Assembly (NCBI GenBank): GCA_964616435.1
Contig: CAZTSB010000072.1
Location: 18,393-82,392, forward strand
Length of the DNA: 64,000 nucleotides
Origin: an uncultured Puniceicoccaceae bacterium
Lineage (GTDB): Bacteria > Verrucomicrobiota > Verrucomicrobiia > Opitutales > Coraliomargaritaceae
Direction of reading: 5' to 3'
Part shown: one piece after another, positions 38,429 through 49,952 of the stretch
How positions within the stretch are numbered: the first letter of the stretch is position 1
How the letters are laid out: each line of letters opens with the position of its first letter
The notes under the pieces: generated by a model
The model's input: the letters and a program-made list of their open reading frames with translations, nothing else
Database searches by the model: none
Told to the model about the DNA's origin: nothing
Translations under genes and position numbers: made by a program

Positions 38429-41011
38429 ATGAACGATTCTGTTGATCATACCTCAGCGTCATTTATTAAGGGAATTACCGAGCAGTTGTTTCGGCTTCGG
38501 TTTGAACGACGTGTTCTGGACAATGGGCTAACTCTGGTACATCTGCCGGACTTTTCCAGCAAACTGGTTTCTGCACAGGTTTGGGTAAAAACGGGAAGTA
38601 TCCATGAAGGCGCGTTGGCAGGCTCTGGGTTGTCACATTTTCTGGAGCATTTGCTTTTCAAGGGTACTGATCGTCGCGACGGAAAGCAGATCAGTCGTGA
38701 GGTACACGCGCTGGGTGCGGAAATGAACGCTTACACTACTTTTGATCGCACAGTTTACTACATGGACACACTTTCTACGGATTTTGCAGAAGCGGTTGAT
38801 TTGCTTGCTGACATTGTGCTGCATTCAACTCTGCCAACCGATGAGCTCGAGTGTGAGCGCGATGTGATTTTGCGCGAGATTGATATGGATCAGGACGATC
38901 CGGATCGTCAGTTGAGTCAGGCCTTATTTCAAACGGCATTTCGGATGCATCCATGTCGCGAGCCGGTTATCGGACACCGTGCACTGTTTGAACAAATCAA
39001 CCGCGATGAACTGTGGGAGTACTACACGACTCGTTATGTGCCCAATAATATGGTCGTTGCCGTAGCAGGCGCTGTGAGCTTGAAAGATTGCTTGATTGAG
39101 ATTGAAGCTACTTTTGGGAAGGTTCGGCGTGGACGATTGGCAACAATTACGGTGCCCGAAGAGCCTATACAGTTATCGTCACGCAAAGGAGTGATTACCG
39201 GGGACTACGCAGTTTCTCGCGGTGCCCTTGGGTTTAAAGTGCCCCATTTGAGCAATCCTGACTCGCCGGCCCTGGATTTACTGGCTTATGTATTGGGAGA
39301 AGGCGAAAGTTCTCTACTTTGGGAGCGATTGCGTAATCAGCAGAGGCTCTTGCACTACATCGATTGCCGCAACTGGAATTCTGCTGATTGCGGTCTGCTG
39401 GAAATCACTTATGTTTGCGATCACGAAAAACAGCCCGAGGTGGAACCGGCAATTCTTGAAGTGATCCGTGAACTTTGCGAGTCAGAGATTAGCGAGCAGG
39501 TCTTGCAAAAAGTACATCGCCAGATCTTGAATGATGAGATTAACCGACAAAAAACGGTAAGCGGCAAGGCGTCTCGAATAGGATTTGCCGAAGCGGTGAT
39601 TGGCGATATTCACTATGGATATAGTTATTTCAAGCAATTGCAGTCCGTAGGGTTACGAGATTTACAGTCGGTTGCAAAGCGTTACCTGGTTGAGGAACAT
39701 ATGTCTACTGCCGTTGTAAGGCCGGAAAGAGCAACCGCGGATGCAGTATCTGCTGCGAAAGTAAACACAGATTCGGAAGTGAAAGCGTATGAGCAAATCC
39801 AGTTTGCCAGTGGGGCACGCCTGCTGCTGCAAAACGACACGCATTTGCCAAAAGTGCATATTCGCTGTGTGATGCTCGGAGGTCCCTTCTACGAACCAGC
39901 GGACCAGCGCGGTATTTCCGAACTTTTGGCCGAGCTTCTTACCAAGGATACTGCCAATCGAAGTGCCTCTGAAATTTCAACCCTCGTGGACCAGATCGGT
40001 GGTAGTTTTTCAGCGGATGGCGGAAACAACACAATTAATCTGGCGATTGAAGTTTTGCCTTCGGATATCGATACCGCACTTGAGCTATTAAGTGACGCTT
40101 TGACCTGTCCTGCCTTTGAAGCAAGTACATTGCAGACTGAAAAGGAAGCCCAGATTTCCAGGTTGAAAGAAGAAGATGATGAAATTTTTGACTACGGATT
40201 TCGCAAACTGCGTAAATACTTTTTCGGAGAACACCCTTTTGCGATCGGTTCCAGTGGTCAGATTGAAGATCTGGAGAAACTGACCCGCAACGATCTGGTT
40301 GCACATTTCAAGCATTTGGCAACCGCATCGAATATGGTGGTTGCAATTGTTGGTGATTTCGAACGCGAAAAACTGCTTGAGCGTTTGCAGCCTCTGTTTG
40401 AATCAAAGGTGCGTTCAGCGCCCTTTGAGCTTGCGCAAACGTCTGCCAACGGCAATCCGAAAGAAGCTATGGAATTGACGGAACCCTTGGATCGTGAGCA
40501 AGCAGTCCTTTTTCAGGCATACCCGGATGCAGGTGTGTGCGACGAAAACTACATTACAGGTGAATTGTTGAATGAACTGTTTAACGGCATGTCGAGTCGT
40601 TTGTTCGAACGTGTGCGCGAGGACAAAGGCATGGCTTACTACGTGGGTAGCAGTCGTATGCTTGGTTTGCAAGCGGGTCTGTTCACTTTTTATGCAGGCA
40701 CACATCCGGAACAAGTTGCCGAAGTTGCTGCTGAGATAAATATGGAGATCGCACGCGTTAAGGCCGGTCAGGTTACTCAGGAAGAATTACAACGTTGCCG
40801 GACACGTTTGAAAGCTGTCCGTTTGATGAATCGTCAAACAATCGGCGCTCGGGCATTGCACGCAGCGATCAATGTGGCTTATGGTCTGCCTATTGAAACA
40901 GACACTGAATATGCGGAGAAACTGGATAAAGTGAGCCCTGAATCCATAGCAGAATTCGCTAAAACGTTTTTCGACAAAGAACACAGTTTGCAGCTTGTTG
41001 TCGGATCGTAG
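38429..41011 (+). CDS. M16 family (pitrilysin-like) zinc peptidase
   Basis: HFLEHLLFKGT inverted zinc motif, NAYT, SSRLFERVRE..GMAY; start approximate. Confidence 0.92.
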   Translation: MNDSVDHTSASFIKGITEQLFRLRFERRVLDNGLTLVHLPDFSSKLVSAQVWVKTGSIHEGALAGSGLSHFLEHLLFKGTDRRDGKQISREVHALGAEMNAYTTFDRTVYYMDTLSTDFAEAVDLLADIVLHSTLPTDELECERDVILREIDMDQDDPDRQLSQALFQTAFRMHPCREPVIGHRALFEQINRDELWEYYTTRYVPNNMVVAVAGAVSLKDCLIEIEATFGKVRRGRLATITVPEEPIQLSSRKGVITGDYAVSRGALGFKVPHLSNPDSPALDLLAYVLGEGESSLLWERLRNQQRLLHYIDCRNWNSADCGLLEITYVCDHEKQPEVEPAILEVIRELCESEISEQVLQKVHRQILNDEINRQKTVSGKASRIGFAEAVIGDIHYGYSYFKQLQSVGLRDLQSVAKRYLVEEHMSTAVVRPERATADAVSAAKVNTDSEVKAYEQIQFASGARLLLQNDTHLPKVHIRCVMLGGPFYEPADQRGISELLAELLTKDTANRSASEISTLVDQIGGSFSADGGNNTINLAIEVLPSDIDTALELLSDALTCPAFEASTLQTEKEAQISRLKEEDDEIFDYGFRKLRKYFFGEHPFAIGSSGQIEDLEKLTRNDLVAHFKHLATASNMVVAIVGDFEREKLLERLQPLFESKVRSAPFELAQTSANGNPKEAMELTEPLDREQAVLFQAYPDAGVCDENYITGELLNELFNGMSSRLFERVREDKGMAYYVGSSRMLGLQAGLFTFYAGTHPEQVAEVAAEINMEIARVKAGQVTQEELQRCRTRLKAVRLMNRQTIGARALHAAINVAYGLPIETDTEYAEKLDKVSPESIAEFAKTFFDKEHSLQLVVGS

Positions 41012-41214
41012 TACTAGAGGTTTTCTCTGTTTATGATTCGGTTCCGAACTGCTCGCACAAAAACCCTTGAGTCGTTCTTTTTTGCCGCCTTTGCAGCGAC
41101 GTTCGTGTCAGCGCGTGGTTCTCGCAAAGCATGTGTGCATCACTAGCTCTCGGGAGTATTTACTTTTCGTTACTTGCAGTTGCTTTGGTAGTATCTTTTC
41201 ACATTATCCTACTT

Positions 41215-42183
41215 ATGCATGAAGATACTTTGATTCCTACCCCGCGTGCTTTAAAGGCTATCGATGGGTTGCGCAGTAATGTGGAAAAAACGATCCGAGG
41301 AAAGACGGATGAGGTGAATAACGTGATTATCTGCCTGCTGGCAGGTGGGCATGTGTTGATCGAAGATCTGCCGGGTCTTGGCAAAACGACACTGGCATAT
41401 TGTCTGGCCCGTTCGATTGATTGTTCATTTTCACGAATACAGTTTACCAGCGATATGTTGCCATCCGATATTATTGGAGTGCCTATTTATGATGAGAAGG
41501 AGCGTGAGTTTGTCTTTAAACGTGGGCCGATTTTCGCCAATATTGTGCTTGCTGACGAGATCAATCGGACAACTCCGAAGACTCAGTCCAGTTTACTTGA
41601 GGTGATGGGGCGTGGTAAGCTTTCTGTAGATGGGCAAACTTATACGGTGCCACCGCCATTTATGGTAATCGCGACACAGAATCCGGTGGATTATGAAGCT
41701 GCCTTTACTCTGCCAGAAAGTCAGATGGATCGTTTTTTGATGCGTATCAGCATGGGTTATCCGGAGCGTGATTTTGAATTTGAGATACTCAAGCGAGGAC
41801 ATTTGCACTATGATCATCTTAAGGCAGAAACGGTTATTTCCCATAATGAAGTCATCGAACTCCAGTCATTCGTGCGAAAGGTCTTTATCGAAGATACTGT
41901 CTATGACTATATGCTGCGAATTGTTCATGCCACGCGTCAAAGTGAAGCCTTTCGCTCAGGAGTCAGTCCTCGGGGGACACTTTCGTTAAAAGTTGCTGCG
42001 CAAGCACGGGCCTTATCGCAAGGGCGTGCCTATGTCGTGCCTGAAGACGTTGCAGCGCTTGTCGTGCCCGTGTTTAGTCATCGACTGGCGCTTAATAAGC
42101 CGATGCTCAAGCCACTTGAAGAGCAGCAAGCGATCGAAGCATTGCTAAGTGAGATTCTGGAAAAAACAGCTTCACCGATCTGA
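41215..42183 (+). CDS. MoxR family AAA+ ATPase
   Basis: [46 protein letters not shown]. Confidence 0.95.
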   Translation: MHEDTLIPTPRALKAIDGLRSNVEKTIRGKTDEVNNVIICLLAGGHVLIEDLPGLGKTTLAYCLARSIDCSFSRIQFTSDMLPSDIIGVPIYDEKEREFVFKRGPIFANIVLADEINRTTPKTQSSLLEVMGRGKLSVDGQTYTVPPPFMVIATQNPVDYEAAFTLPESQMDRFLMRISMGYPERDFEFEILKRGHLHYDHLKAETVISHNEVIELQSFVRKVFIEDTVYDYMLRIVHATRQSEAFRSGVSPRGTLSLKVAAQARALSQGRAYVVPEDVAALVVPVFSHRLALNKPMLKPLEEQQAIEALLSEILEKTASPI

Positions 42184-42204
42184 ATGATGTTTCTATTTTG
42201 AACG

Positions 42205-43359
42205 ATGTCGCACGCAGACGCAGATCTGAAAAACTGGCACGACTGGACTGACCCGGATTTTTTTGCAACCAACCGGCAGCAGGAATCGAACGTGATTCGC
42301 TTATTCCTGAGACAGATTCTGCCAGCTCGACTACTGCGTACAAGGATGACATTGACTGGCTGGTGTCTGATCGTCGTTTCTCTTTGCCTGGGTGTTGCTG
42401 CATATAACACTGCAAGCAATATTCTTTTTCTGGCACTTTCATTGCTGCTAAGCAGTTTGATCCTAAGCGGCATTCTGTCGCTTATAAATTTTAAAAAGCT
42501 GGATTGGAATCTGAGAGCGCCTGCAAGCCTAAGGGCTAGTGAGATTGGTGTAGCTGAGATTGACCTGATAAATAAAAAAGCGGTGTTTCCGTCAATGAGT
42601 CTCTGTTTCCGGTTACAGTCCGAGATGGTAGCTCAGGAGGAAACGGTTTACCTTAAAAATGCTCTCAATCCGGGCGAATCCTGCAAATTAAAGTGGTCCA
42701 TAACTCCTCAAAGACGAGGGCAGTTCGAACTGCGACTTTCCGGGGTCCAGTCGCAATTTCCCTTTGGTTTTTTGCAGAAAACCAAAGGGAGCAATTTGCA
42801 TACAACAGTGATTGTATGGCCAGCGCGTGTGGAGTATACACTTACAACATCCAGCAGTGGTCAGCGGATGTCGACTGGCGCGACAAAAAATCAACCGGGG
42901 CAAGGGAGTGACTTGTTAAACATACGATCTTATGCACATGGTGATGTGCCACGCTTTATACATTGGAAGGCTACAGCTCGTACGGGATATTTGATGGTAC
43001 GACAGCTTGTCCAGGAAGGAGAAAGTGGCTATCATTTATATGTCGATTCAGATGCTGCCAAATGGAATGAAACTCAATTTGAGCGGCTCTGTTCGTTGGT
43101 TTGTTCGCTGGCGGAAGATTTGTTTCATTGTGGACGGCTGGAAACGGTCAGGCTAAACGATTCTGCGATATTGCCAATCAGGACGAAACGCGATTTATAC
43201 ACGCTGTTTGATCAGTTGTCTGTGTTAGAGCGCCGAGAGAAATTAGTAGATTCATTTGCCAATCAACAGTCAAATTGGCTGACCTTTAGTCCTTTAGCTG
43301 AGGATGGAGTAGCCATTTATTTAGAAGGAAATCATGCAGGCCAGACTGACATTAGATGA
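42205..43359 (+). CDS. DUF58 domain membrane protein
   Basis: RRG, FPFG, IRSYAHGD, IHWKATAR; follows MoxR. Confidence 0.88.
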   Translation: MSHADADLKNWHDWTDPDFFATNRQQESNVIRLFLRQILPARLLRTRMTLTGWCLIVVSLCLGVAAYNTASNILFLALSLLLSSLILSGILSLINFKKLDWNLRAPASLRASEIGVAEIDLINKKAVFPSMSLCFRLQSEMVAQEETVYLKNALNPGESCKLKWSITPQRRGQFELRLSGVQSQFPFGFLQKTKGSNLHTTVIVWPARVEYTLTTSSSGQRMSTGATKNQPGQGSDLLNIRSYAHGDVPRFIHWKATARTGYLMVRQLVQEGESGYHLYVDSDAAKWNETQFERLCSLVCSLAEDLFHCGRLETVRLNDSAILPIRTKRDLYTLFDQLSVLERREKLVDSFANQQSNWLTFSPLAEDGVAIYLEGNHAGQTDIR

Positions 43360-45547
43360 GTTGCACCAGCTCAAGTGGCTGATTGGAGGTTTGCTGACTC
43401 TACTTTCGATTTGGGCATTAAGTGGATTGGATTTAATTGGCTTCGGTCTGAATTCAATCATGATAATAGTTATTTGTTTTGCTCTTTTGAAGCCAGACTT
43501 GGTACATGCGATTCCTGAGGTGTTCTGGAGCCGATTTGTTGTTCCTTTGATTTTGATTTTGATGCTGGTGGATTTTGGCCTGGGATTTACCAGCCTGATT
43601 GCGCCATTGATGCGAATGGTTATTTTGCTGCTGGTTTATCGTACACTGGCGCCACGCAATCGACGTGAAGATTTGCAGATGTTGCTGTTGAGCCTGTTCA
43701 GCATCATAGTCTCAGGAGCGATTACGGTTTCGTTGCTGTTTGCAGTGCAGATTCTCTTGTTTACGCCCCTTGCAATGGCTTTTCTACTGATTGTCTGTCT
43801 GTTAGATAGAGGAACTGAATCTGCGACTTACCGTCCCAGTTGGGAGCAGTTCAGCTTGAGAAGACTTATCCGGCGTATCCGGCGTGCAATTGAGATACGT
43901 GTGCTTATCTTGTGCAGCCTGCTGTTTGTTTTCGTAGTGACCCTCTCCACTGGTTTTTTTATCCTGATCCCACGGTTTGATATAGGGCAGACCATTCCTT
44001 TCATGCAGATGGAGACAAAGCCAAGATCTGGATTCAGCGATACCGTGAGTTTGAATTCCGTTTCTGAAATTATCGAAGACCAAAGTATTGCGCTTCGCAT
44101 TGACGTGCCGGATCTGGAGTCCATCAGTTCCTTGCCTTATTGGCGTATCCTTGTGCTGGATCGTTATCAGAGTGGCGAGTTCAGCCTCTCAGATAGAGGG
44201 ATCAATTTCCGCAATTATGCAAAGCTGAGAGAATTGTCAAGGTGGACCAAGCGGCAGGTGCCTTTGAATCTTCGCAAAAGAGAACAATGGACGTTTTACT
44301 TCGAAGGTGGTGTGAGTCAGTATCTGCCGCTACCGACGATGTTCCAAACATTACGGTTTACAAAAGAGCATTCAGTCAAGCTGTTGCCGGATTTACATGT
44401 GATTGGTCTGGATGTGGTGCAAAAAAGCACATTTTACTATCAGATTGAAGATTTGGCCTGGGATGTGCGGGCGCCAGCATCTGATTTAGAAAATGAGGTA
44501 TTTGATCAACATGCAGTTCATGACAATTCTGAAAATGGAGCCGTATCTGACTATCCTCTGACGACTTTGGATCTGCCTCTGAATGAGGATGATCAATCAC
44601 TGCTTTCAAAGCTAAATAATGAATTGATCGGTAATGCAGGCAATTTATCAACGGCAGAGTATAGTGAGCGAGTTACTTTGTACCTTAGAGAAAACTATCG
44701 CTATTCTCTCAATCCTGATAGTGTTGGAGGTTTGGATGATCCGATTGTAAGTTGGCTCAATGCCGGCAGTGCAGGTCATTGTGAACTGTTCGCGGGCGCA
44801 TTTATTTTACTGGCACGTCAGGCGGGTTATCCGGCACGGATGGTTGTCGGATTTGTTGGCGGCAGTTGGAATGCGGTCGAAGATTTCTTTGTGGTGCGTA
44901 ACCGTGACGCGCACGCATGGGTTGAAATTTATGATGCAGAGACGGAGGAATGGTTGCGCGTTGATCCAACACCGGGAGGAAGTGCTGTTAACCCGGAAAT
45001 TGCTGTTCCGATTGATTTTGAGATTGAAACCGGCATGTGGGCATGGGTCGACAGTCTGCGCATGCAGTGGTATCGTCGTATTGTCAGCTTCGATCAGGAC
45101 GAGCAGTTGGAAATGGCAACGTCTCTAATTGATTTGGGAGATTCGTTATTGAAGGAATTTTCGTCAAGTTTCAAAGAATTGCTTGCATCGTTGAAAGACT
45201 GGTTTTCGCGGCCATTTAGCCGGGAGAGCTTACTGCGTGCAGGAGTGATCCTGGGAGTATGCTTTGTGTTTTATTACTTGTGGCGTACTTTTTTCAGCTG
45301 GTCTGAGTTATTTCTGCGATTGTTCAGAAGGGGTAGTGCTTTGAGTCCTGTCCGTAAACAAGCTTCCCGGTATATGGTCAAAGTACGTATAAAAATGAGT
45401 GATTCGGGCACTGACGAGGTTCATGCTGAAGTATTGCGAAAGCTATATTTTCAGCTGGAAGCTTTGCGTTTTGGACCCGGTGCATCTCTGCAGGTAGCTA
45501 CGCCCATATTTAGAAAAACACGAAGTGCTCTCCGGGGGAGCAGATGA
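43334..45547 (+). CDS. Transglutaminase-like membrane protein (TgpA/DUF3488 type)
   Basis: N-terminal TMs, SGFSD, GHCELFA, HAWVE, RVDPT catalytic triad. Confidence 0.9.
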   Translation: MQARLTLDELHQLKWLIGGLLTLLSIWALSGLDLIGFGLNSIMIIVICFALLKPDLVHAIPEVFWSRFVVPLILILMLVDFGLGFTSLIAPLMRMVILLLVYRTLAPRNRREDLQMLLLSLFSIIVSGAITVSLLFAVQILLFTPLAMAFLLIVCLLDRGTESATYRPSWEQFSLRRLIRRIRRAIEIRVLILCSLLFVFVVTLSTGFFILIPRFDIGQTIPFMQMETKPRSGFSDTVSLNSVSEIIEDQSIALRIDVPDLESISSLPYWRILVLDRYQSGEFSLSDRGINFRNYAKLRELSRWTKRQVPLNLRKREQWTFYFEGGVSQYLPLPTMFQTLRFTKEHSVKLLPDLHVIGLDVVQKSTFYYQIEDLAWDVRAPASDLENEVFDQHAVHDNSENGAVSDYPLTTLDLPLNEDDQSLLSKLNNELIGNAGNLSTAEYSERVTLYLRENYRYSLNPDSVGGLDDPIVSWLNAGSAGHCELFAGAFILLARQAGYPARMVVGFVGGSWNAVEDFFVVRNRDAHAWVEIYDAETEEWLRVDPTPGGSAVNPEIAVPIDFEIETGMWAWVDSLRMQWYRRIVSFDQDEQLEMATSLIDLGDSLLKEFSSSFKELLASLKDWFSRPFSRESLLRAGVILGVCFVFYYLWRTFFSWSELFLRLFRRGSALSPVRKQASRYMVKVRIKMSDSGTDEVHAEVLRKLYFQLEALRFGPGASLQVATPIFRKTRSALRGSR

Positions 45548-45548
45548 A

Positions 45549-45998
45549 TCAGGCTTTGAGACGAATACAGTGGTTTTTATCCGGATCGATACTCAGATAA
45601 AGATGCCACGCATTTTCAGGTAATTCTCCAGTGATGCGGTCCGGCCATTCGACAGCCAGACACCAGGGAGGTGAAAGAAAGTCTTCGATCATTAATGCAT
45701 CTATATCTGCCCCCGAACTAAGGCGATAGGCATCCAGATGTACGAGTTGTCGGGTCCCTTGATATAAAGTGTATACATTGAATGTCGGACTGGTGATGGA
45801 TTCGGGGATTTTCCATGCCTGGGCCAATCCTCGAATGAAAGTGGTCTTGCCGACTCCTAAATCGCCATGGAGCGCGAGTGCTTGGTTTTCAGGTATGAAT
45901 GAAGCAAAGTTTTTGCCCGTTTGTATCGTTTCATCTGCAGTTTTTGTCGTGATTCCCCGATAAAGGTCCTGAACCAGCCTGTCATTTGTGTTTTTCAT
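45549..45998 (-). CDS. tsaE: tRNA t6A biosynthesis ATPase
   Basis: [26 protein letters not shown]. Confidence 0.95.
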   Translation of the reverse strand: MKNTNDRLVQDLYRGITTKTADETIQTGKNFASFIPENQALALHGDLGVGKTTFIRGLAQAWKIPESITSPTFNVYTLYQGTRQLVHLDAYRLSSGADIDALMIEDFLSPPWCLAVEWPDRITGELPENAWHLYLSIDPDKNHCIRLKA

Positions 45999-46970
45999 CT
46001 ATGCTTTCAGGTGCTCAAACCCGTAAGTCCAAGGCAGCACAGCCTCTGTCTTGGCATCCAGATAGGGTTCTTTCGTCGAAGCAGGCTTAATGTTGCCAAT
46101 GTAGGCTAACGTTGTATTCGGAAAGCGTTGTTGCCATTTTTTTTTAAATTCCGATCGGTTAGTGTTGGCATCCAATGTAAACAAAAGTTCGTAGTCTTCG
46201 CCGTCACAAAAGGCATGTTCCAGTTCCTCAAGTCCTGAAGTCTGTGCTAGTTCACGTGCAGCATGTGATAGTGGGATTTGATCCAAGAACAGGTGCGCTG
46301 AAGTATTTGCAGGCAGTAGGGCTTGCAGGTCTTTACCAAGGCCGTCACTCAGATCCATCATCGCATGGCACTCTGGCTGCTCGCAAAGCCATTGTCCTTC
46401 TGCCAGTCGTGGTTCAAACTGATAATGTTTGCCAAGTATGCTGCCTCCCAGAGTGCCGGTAACATAAATAGTATCACCCAGTTGGCTCGAAGTGCGCAAT
46501 TTTGGTTTTGCCACGTGACCGTTGAGTGTGAGCACAGCAGAGAAGGCCGTTTCTTTGAGCGTACTGATGTCACCGCCAACGAGTGAAACAGAGTAGCGTG
46601 TGCAGGTCTCACGTATTCCGGTAAAAAAACCTTTCAGCCAATCGATTGACACATCCGGACTGCAAAGCAGGGCCAGTACCGCCGATCCGGGAATTCCACC
46701 CATTGCTGCAATATCACTCAGGTTTCGTTTGATCAATTTGGCACCCACATTTTCGGGTGCGATGATGTTATCAAAATGATGACCGTAGCTGATTGAGTCG
46801 GTGGTAAGCAATTGCTGGCCTTCTCGAATAGGATTGAGCACGGCACAATCGTCGCCAATACCGTTTGGAGCTATTGGATTTACAGCGTCCAGCCAAGAAA
46901 CAATTTGCTGGATTAGTTGTGTTTCACCTAAGTGAGCAATGCTGTCAGCACGCGTTTGAGCCTGGAGCAT
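45999..46970 (-). CDS. thiL: Thiamine-monophosphate kinase
   Basis: GE..LI, GIGDDCA, NLSDIAAMGG, VGGD, MDLSDGL, GEDYELLF, GFEH; start approximate. Confidence 0.94.
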   Translation of the reverse strand: MLQAQTRADSIAHLGETQLIQQIVSWLDAVNPIAPNGIGDDCAVLNPIREGQQLLTTDSISYGHHFDNIIAPENVGAKLIKRNLSDIAAMGGIPGSAVLALLCSPDVSIDWLKGFFTGIRETCTRYSVSLVGGDISTLKETAFSAVLTLNGHVAKPKLRTSSQLGDTIYVTGTLGGSILGKHYQFEPRLAEGQWLCEQPECHAMMDLSDGLGKDLQALLPANTSAHLFLDQIPLSHAARELAQTSGLEELEHAFCDGEDYELLFTLDANTNRSEFKKKWQQRFPNTTLAYIGNIKPASTKEPYLDAKTEAVLPWTYGFEHLKA

Positions 46971-47052
46971 TTTGCTGTGTGTTTTCAATACGCCTTTTCC
47001 GACCAATCAACTTACTTTGCATAGAGCTTTACAGGCACCTGGAAGTAGTTGC

Positions 47053-49239
47053 CTATTGAAAATAGTCTTTTATACGCTCAACATGTTCCGCATATTCATT
47101 TTCACTCAGTAATTGAAAGTCTCTGCCTCGATAACTGCGTATGTATGGAGTGCCCGGGGGCAGATAGCCTTCAGCAAATTTTTGATTAAATCCCCATTTG
47201 CGGTTTGGCGCTGAATAAACGTCACTCTTACCCCAGGGCTCTGTTGCAACTTCACTTTCAAATAGAGCGACTATGGAACCACGTACCATGAAATCTACAT
47301 CCTTCCATTTTTCCAGAAAGCGCGGAAAGTTTTCAACTCCGCCACTGTAGCTGTTACTGCCTGTTTCTCCTGAGGGTACAAGTCCTGTCAATATGGCCGC
47401 AGAAACTTCAGTCGGCTGTGCGATTCTTGTGTCAAGACTGTCACTATCACTGTTGGAATCATTCCAACCTTCACTTAGGAAAGTAATTGCATCGGCAATA
47501 AGAGCTGCTGGAGCCTCTTGGTCTGTACTTGCAAAAGTTTCAGAGTTATCAGGCTCCGTAGGTGATCCAGTACTCATGTAACCATCTGCATTGTAATGAC
47601 CCTGTACATACATCATCTGGTTGGTGGCGACTGTAGTTCCATAAATATCAATTTCTTGTTTAACTGTCGGATTTGGAATCGTCTTTCCGTTAATCAGCTT
47701 TAGTCCCCACCCCTGATTGGCCGGATTGACACCATCTTCCCGAGTGGAAGTGTTATTTTGTTGTGGAAACTCGACATAAACGACTCCATTCCACCATCCT
47801 TTATAAGGATCTGTTGCATCCCAAGGAGGGTCTCCATTCCAATCATCTACTTCATTCTCGTGAATGCTCTCTTTCAGTTTTCCAATATCCAGTTCGATGA
47901 TGTTAATACCTTGATCTTGTCGCTTATCGTACAACCCACTGGTGATAACGCCATTTGTCCTTTCGAAAGGCTTGTATTCAACAATATCTGTTGCTTTGGG
48001 CGTAACTTCTAGACTTACAGGGTTCCCAGAACTATCATAATTCAAACTATCATCTGCGTTTTTGTCATAACGGGTGTATGTTAGCGATCCATCTGGTGCG
48101 ACCTTTATGGTCAAGCCGGCCTTGTAGGCAAACTTTTGCTTTTCTGCTTCTAATCTTTGCTCTTCTGCTTCTAAGAGATCAGGATCATAGCTGCTTCCCG
48201 GAACACTGAGTTGATTTTCGTTTAAGGCCGGTTGTATGATTGGGTAAGCGCTGTTGAAGGATTCTTTAGCAGTTGTACTGCCGTTTGTGTCTTCAATATA
48301 CTCATTCATCCCCGGTATTTTTCGATCAACGACTCCATGCACTTCAGTTTGCAGATTGCTGCCCCATAATTGCTCTGATTTTTCTCTGAAGTCGGCGATA
48401 AGACTATCAACCCATTTTCCGTCTTGTTGCATGTTAACAAGATCGTCGCTAATACCTAAAAAATTTACGGCGCCTTCTTTTTTGTCCTTACCGGAATCAG
48501 GGTGACGGCCATGCTTAAGATCTCCGGCAATTGTTACGCGTGAATGGAAATTCAAGCCTTTACTTGATTGAATCCAGGCATCTCCATTTACATGGACGTT
48601 GCCATGGATATCCATCGGTTTGCCCGGTGCAATTTCCATGGGGAGGTTATAGTAAATTGCATAGCTAAATAGTGGCACATCACGCACTTCCAGAAATTGT
48701 CGGGCATAAGCTGTCGAGATACCAATGCCAGGTCGGTCTACAGTTGCTTTGCTAAGCAGTTCAACACGTCTTTGTAGAACGGTCATGTATGCAAGTTCGT
48801 CTTTTTCGTACCCAGCCTCTTTAGGATTAATATATTTTGCTTCGGCACCAGGAACTTGACCACCGATGATTTCAGTCGATCGAGTATTGAATAAATCTGA
48901 CGAGGTGTACGCTGAAGTATCATCTAAAACCAGATAACTTTCAGGGACAGACGTATTGTGTCTGCTAACAAATTCATCAGTAATATATAGCGGATTTTTA
49001 GAGGGAGAAAGTGCATCAACCGGAAAAGACGGACTGTTATCAAAGCGATATTTCAGGTCTGCCATGGCAGATTGAATTAGACTTTCTGCGACTTGTTTGG
49101 CGTCGTGGAAGACGCTGGCTTTTTTATTTAGGCGCAACTCCCCGTTAATCAGGTCTGAAACAGAGTAGACGCCGATAGCAAGTGTCGTTACTATGATGAG
49201 AACGACTATTAGCCCATTACCTTGTTTTTTTGTATTCAT
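47053..49239 (-). CDS. Large PilX/GspK-like minor pilin
   Basis: KKQG-NGLIVVLII prepilin-like N-terminus lacking Glu5; C-terminal YSGGVENFPRFLEKW...GSIVALFES...YSAPNR.WGF...LPPGTP. Confidence 0.7.
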   Translation of the reverse strand: MNTKKQGNGLIVVLIIVTTLAIGVYSVSDLINGELRLNKKASVFHDAKQVAESLIQSAMADLKYRFDNSPSFPVDALSPSKNPLYITDEFVSRHNTSVPESYLVLDDTSAYTSSDLFNTRSTEIIGGQVPGAEAKYINPKEAGYEKDELAYMTVLQRRVELLSKATVDRPGIGISTAYARQFLEVRDVPLFSYAIYYNLPMEIAPGKPMDIHGNVHVNGDAWIQSSKGLNFHSRVTIAGDLKHGRHPDSGKDKKEGAVNFLGISDDLVNMQQDGKWVDSLIADFREKSEQLWGSNLQTEVHGVVDRKIPGMNEYIEDTNGSTTAKESFNSAYPIIQPALNENQLSVPGSSYDPDLLEAEEQRLEAEKQKFAYKAGLTIKVAPDGSLTYTRYDKNADDSLNYDSSGNPVSLEVTPKATDIVEYKPFERTNGVITSGLYDKRQDQGINIIELDIGKLKESIHENEVDDWNGDPPWDATDPYKGWWNGVVYVEFPQQNNTSTREDGVNPANQGWGLKLINGKTIPNPTVKQEIDIYGTTVATNQMMYVQGHYNADGYMSTGSPTEPDNSETFASTDQEAPAALIADAITFLSEGWNDSNSDSDSLDTRIAQPTEVSAAILTGLVPSGETGSNSYSGGVENFPRFLEKWKDVDFMVRGSIVALFESEVATEPWGKSDVYSAPNRKWGFNQKFAEGYLPPGTPYIRSYRGRDFQLLSENEYAEHVERIKDYFQ

Positions 49240-49241
49240 GA

Positions 49242-49931
49242 TTATCCTCGGGTTGAGATTGTTAGATTAAAAGTGTTTGTGATTTGTTGTACGTTTCTTC
49301 CGTGAATAATTTCACCATTGATTACAATCGTGTGATCGCCGATCACACGAAACAACTGATTATTGGTAAGCCCTTTTGAAAGCTGAAGTATTTCTTCTTC
49401 ATCTTCAAATGAACTAAATTGTTCTTTAAGAAAAGAGTCGAAACCATCCTCGCCATTCTCGCCATATGCACTTGTTAGAAATGCGTTCTCAGGAAATACA
49501 GCTTCCCTTCTGAAGACCGGGCTATATCCTTCTGTATCGGCAGATCTATAGTAGGCTACAATACGCTCATAGTAAGGCGGCAGAGAATTACCGTCCTCAT
49601 CAGGTAACGGGAATTCTACGTGGACGAGCATCAAGCAGTCACCTGAAAATCCAATGCTTTTTTGGTCGCTCCCTTCATCAAAGCTTGAATACAGATATGC
49701 ATAGTTTGCATTTACAGCCTCATTATTAATTTTGAGTGTGAAAAGACGAACGTCATTGGTGATTTTCGATTTGTTAACGGTCCACAGCATGCTTTTGGAA
49801 GCATCTATGATGAGCGATGTGAGTCCAGCTCCTACTATGCCAAAAATGGTTACGACAAACATTATTTCGACCAAGGTAAACGCATGAATCCCGTGCTTTT
49901 GTTTCTGTGTTTTAAGATTGTATGTATTCAT
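49242..49931 (-). CDS. Prepilin-type N-terminal cleavage/methylation protein (PilW/PulJ-like)
   Basis: AFTLVEIM followed by a hydrophobic helix. Confidence 0.8.
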   Translation of the reverse strand: MNTYNLKTQKQKHGIHAFTLVEIMFVVTIFGIVGAGLTSLIIDASKSMLWTVNKSKITNDVRLFTLKINNEAVNANYAYLYSSFDEGSDQKSIGFSGDCLMLVHVEFPLPDEDGNSLPPYYERIVAYYRSADTEGYSPVFRREAVFPENAFLTSAYGENGEDGFDSFLKEQFSSFEDEEEILQLSKGLTNNQLFRVIGDHTIVINGEIIHGRNVQQITNTFNLTISTRG

Positions 49932-49952
49932 GAGTATGTAGCGTTTGGGATT

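Noticed and set aside
41215..45547. MoxR-DUF58-transglutaminase operon as a novel system
   Set aside because: Well-known, widespread gene triad
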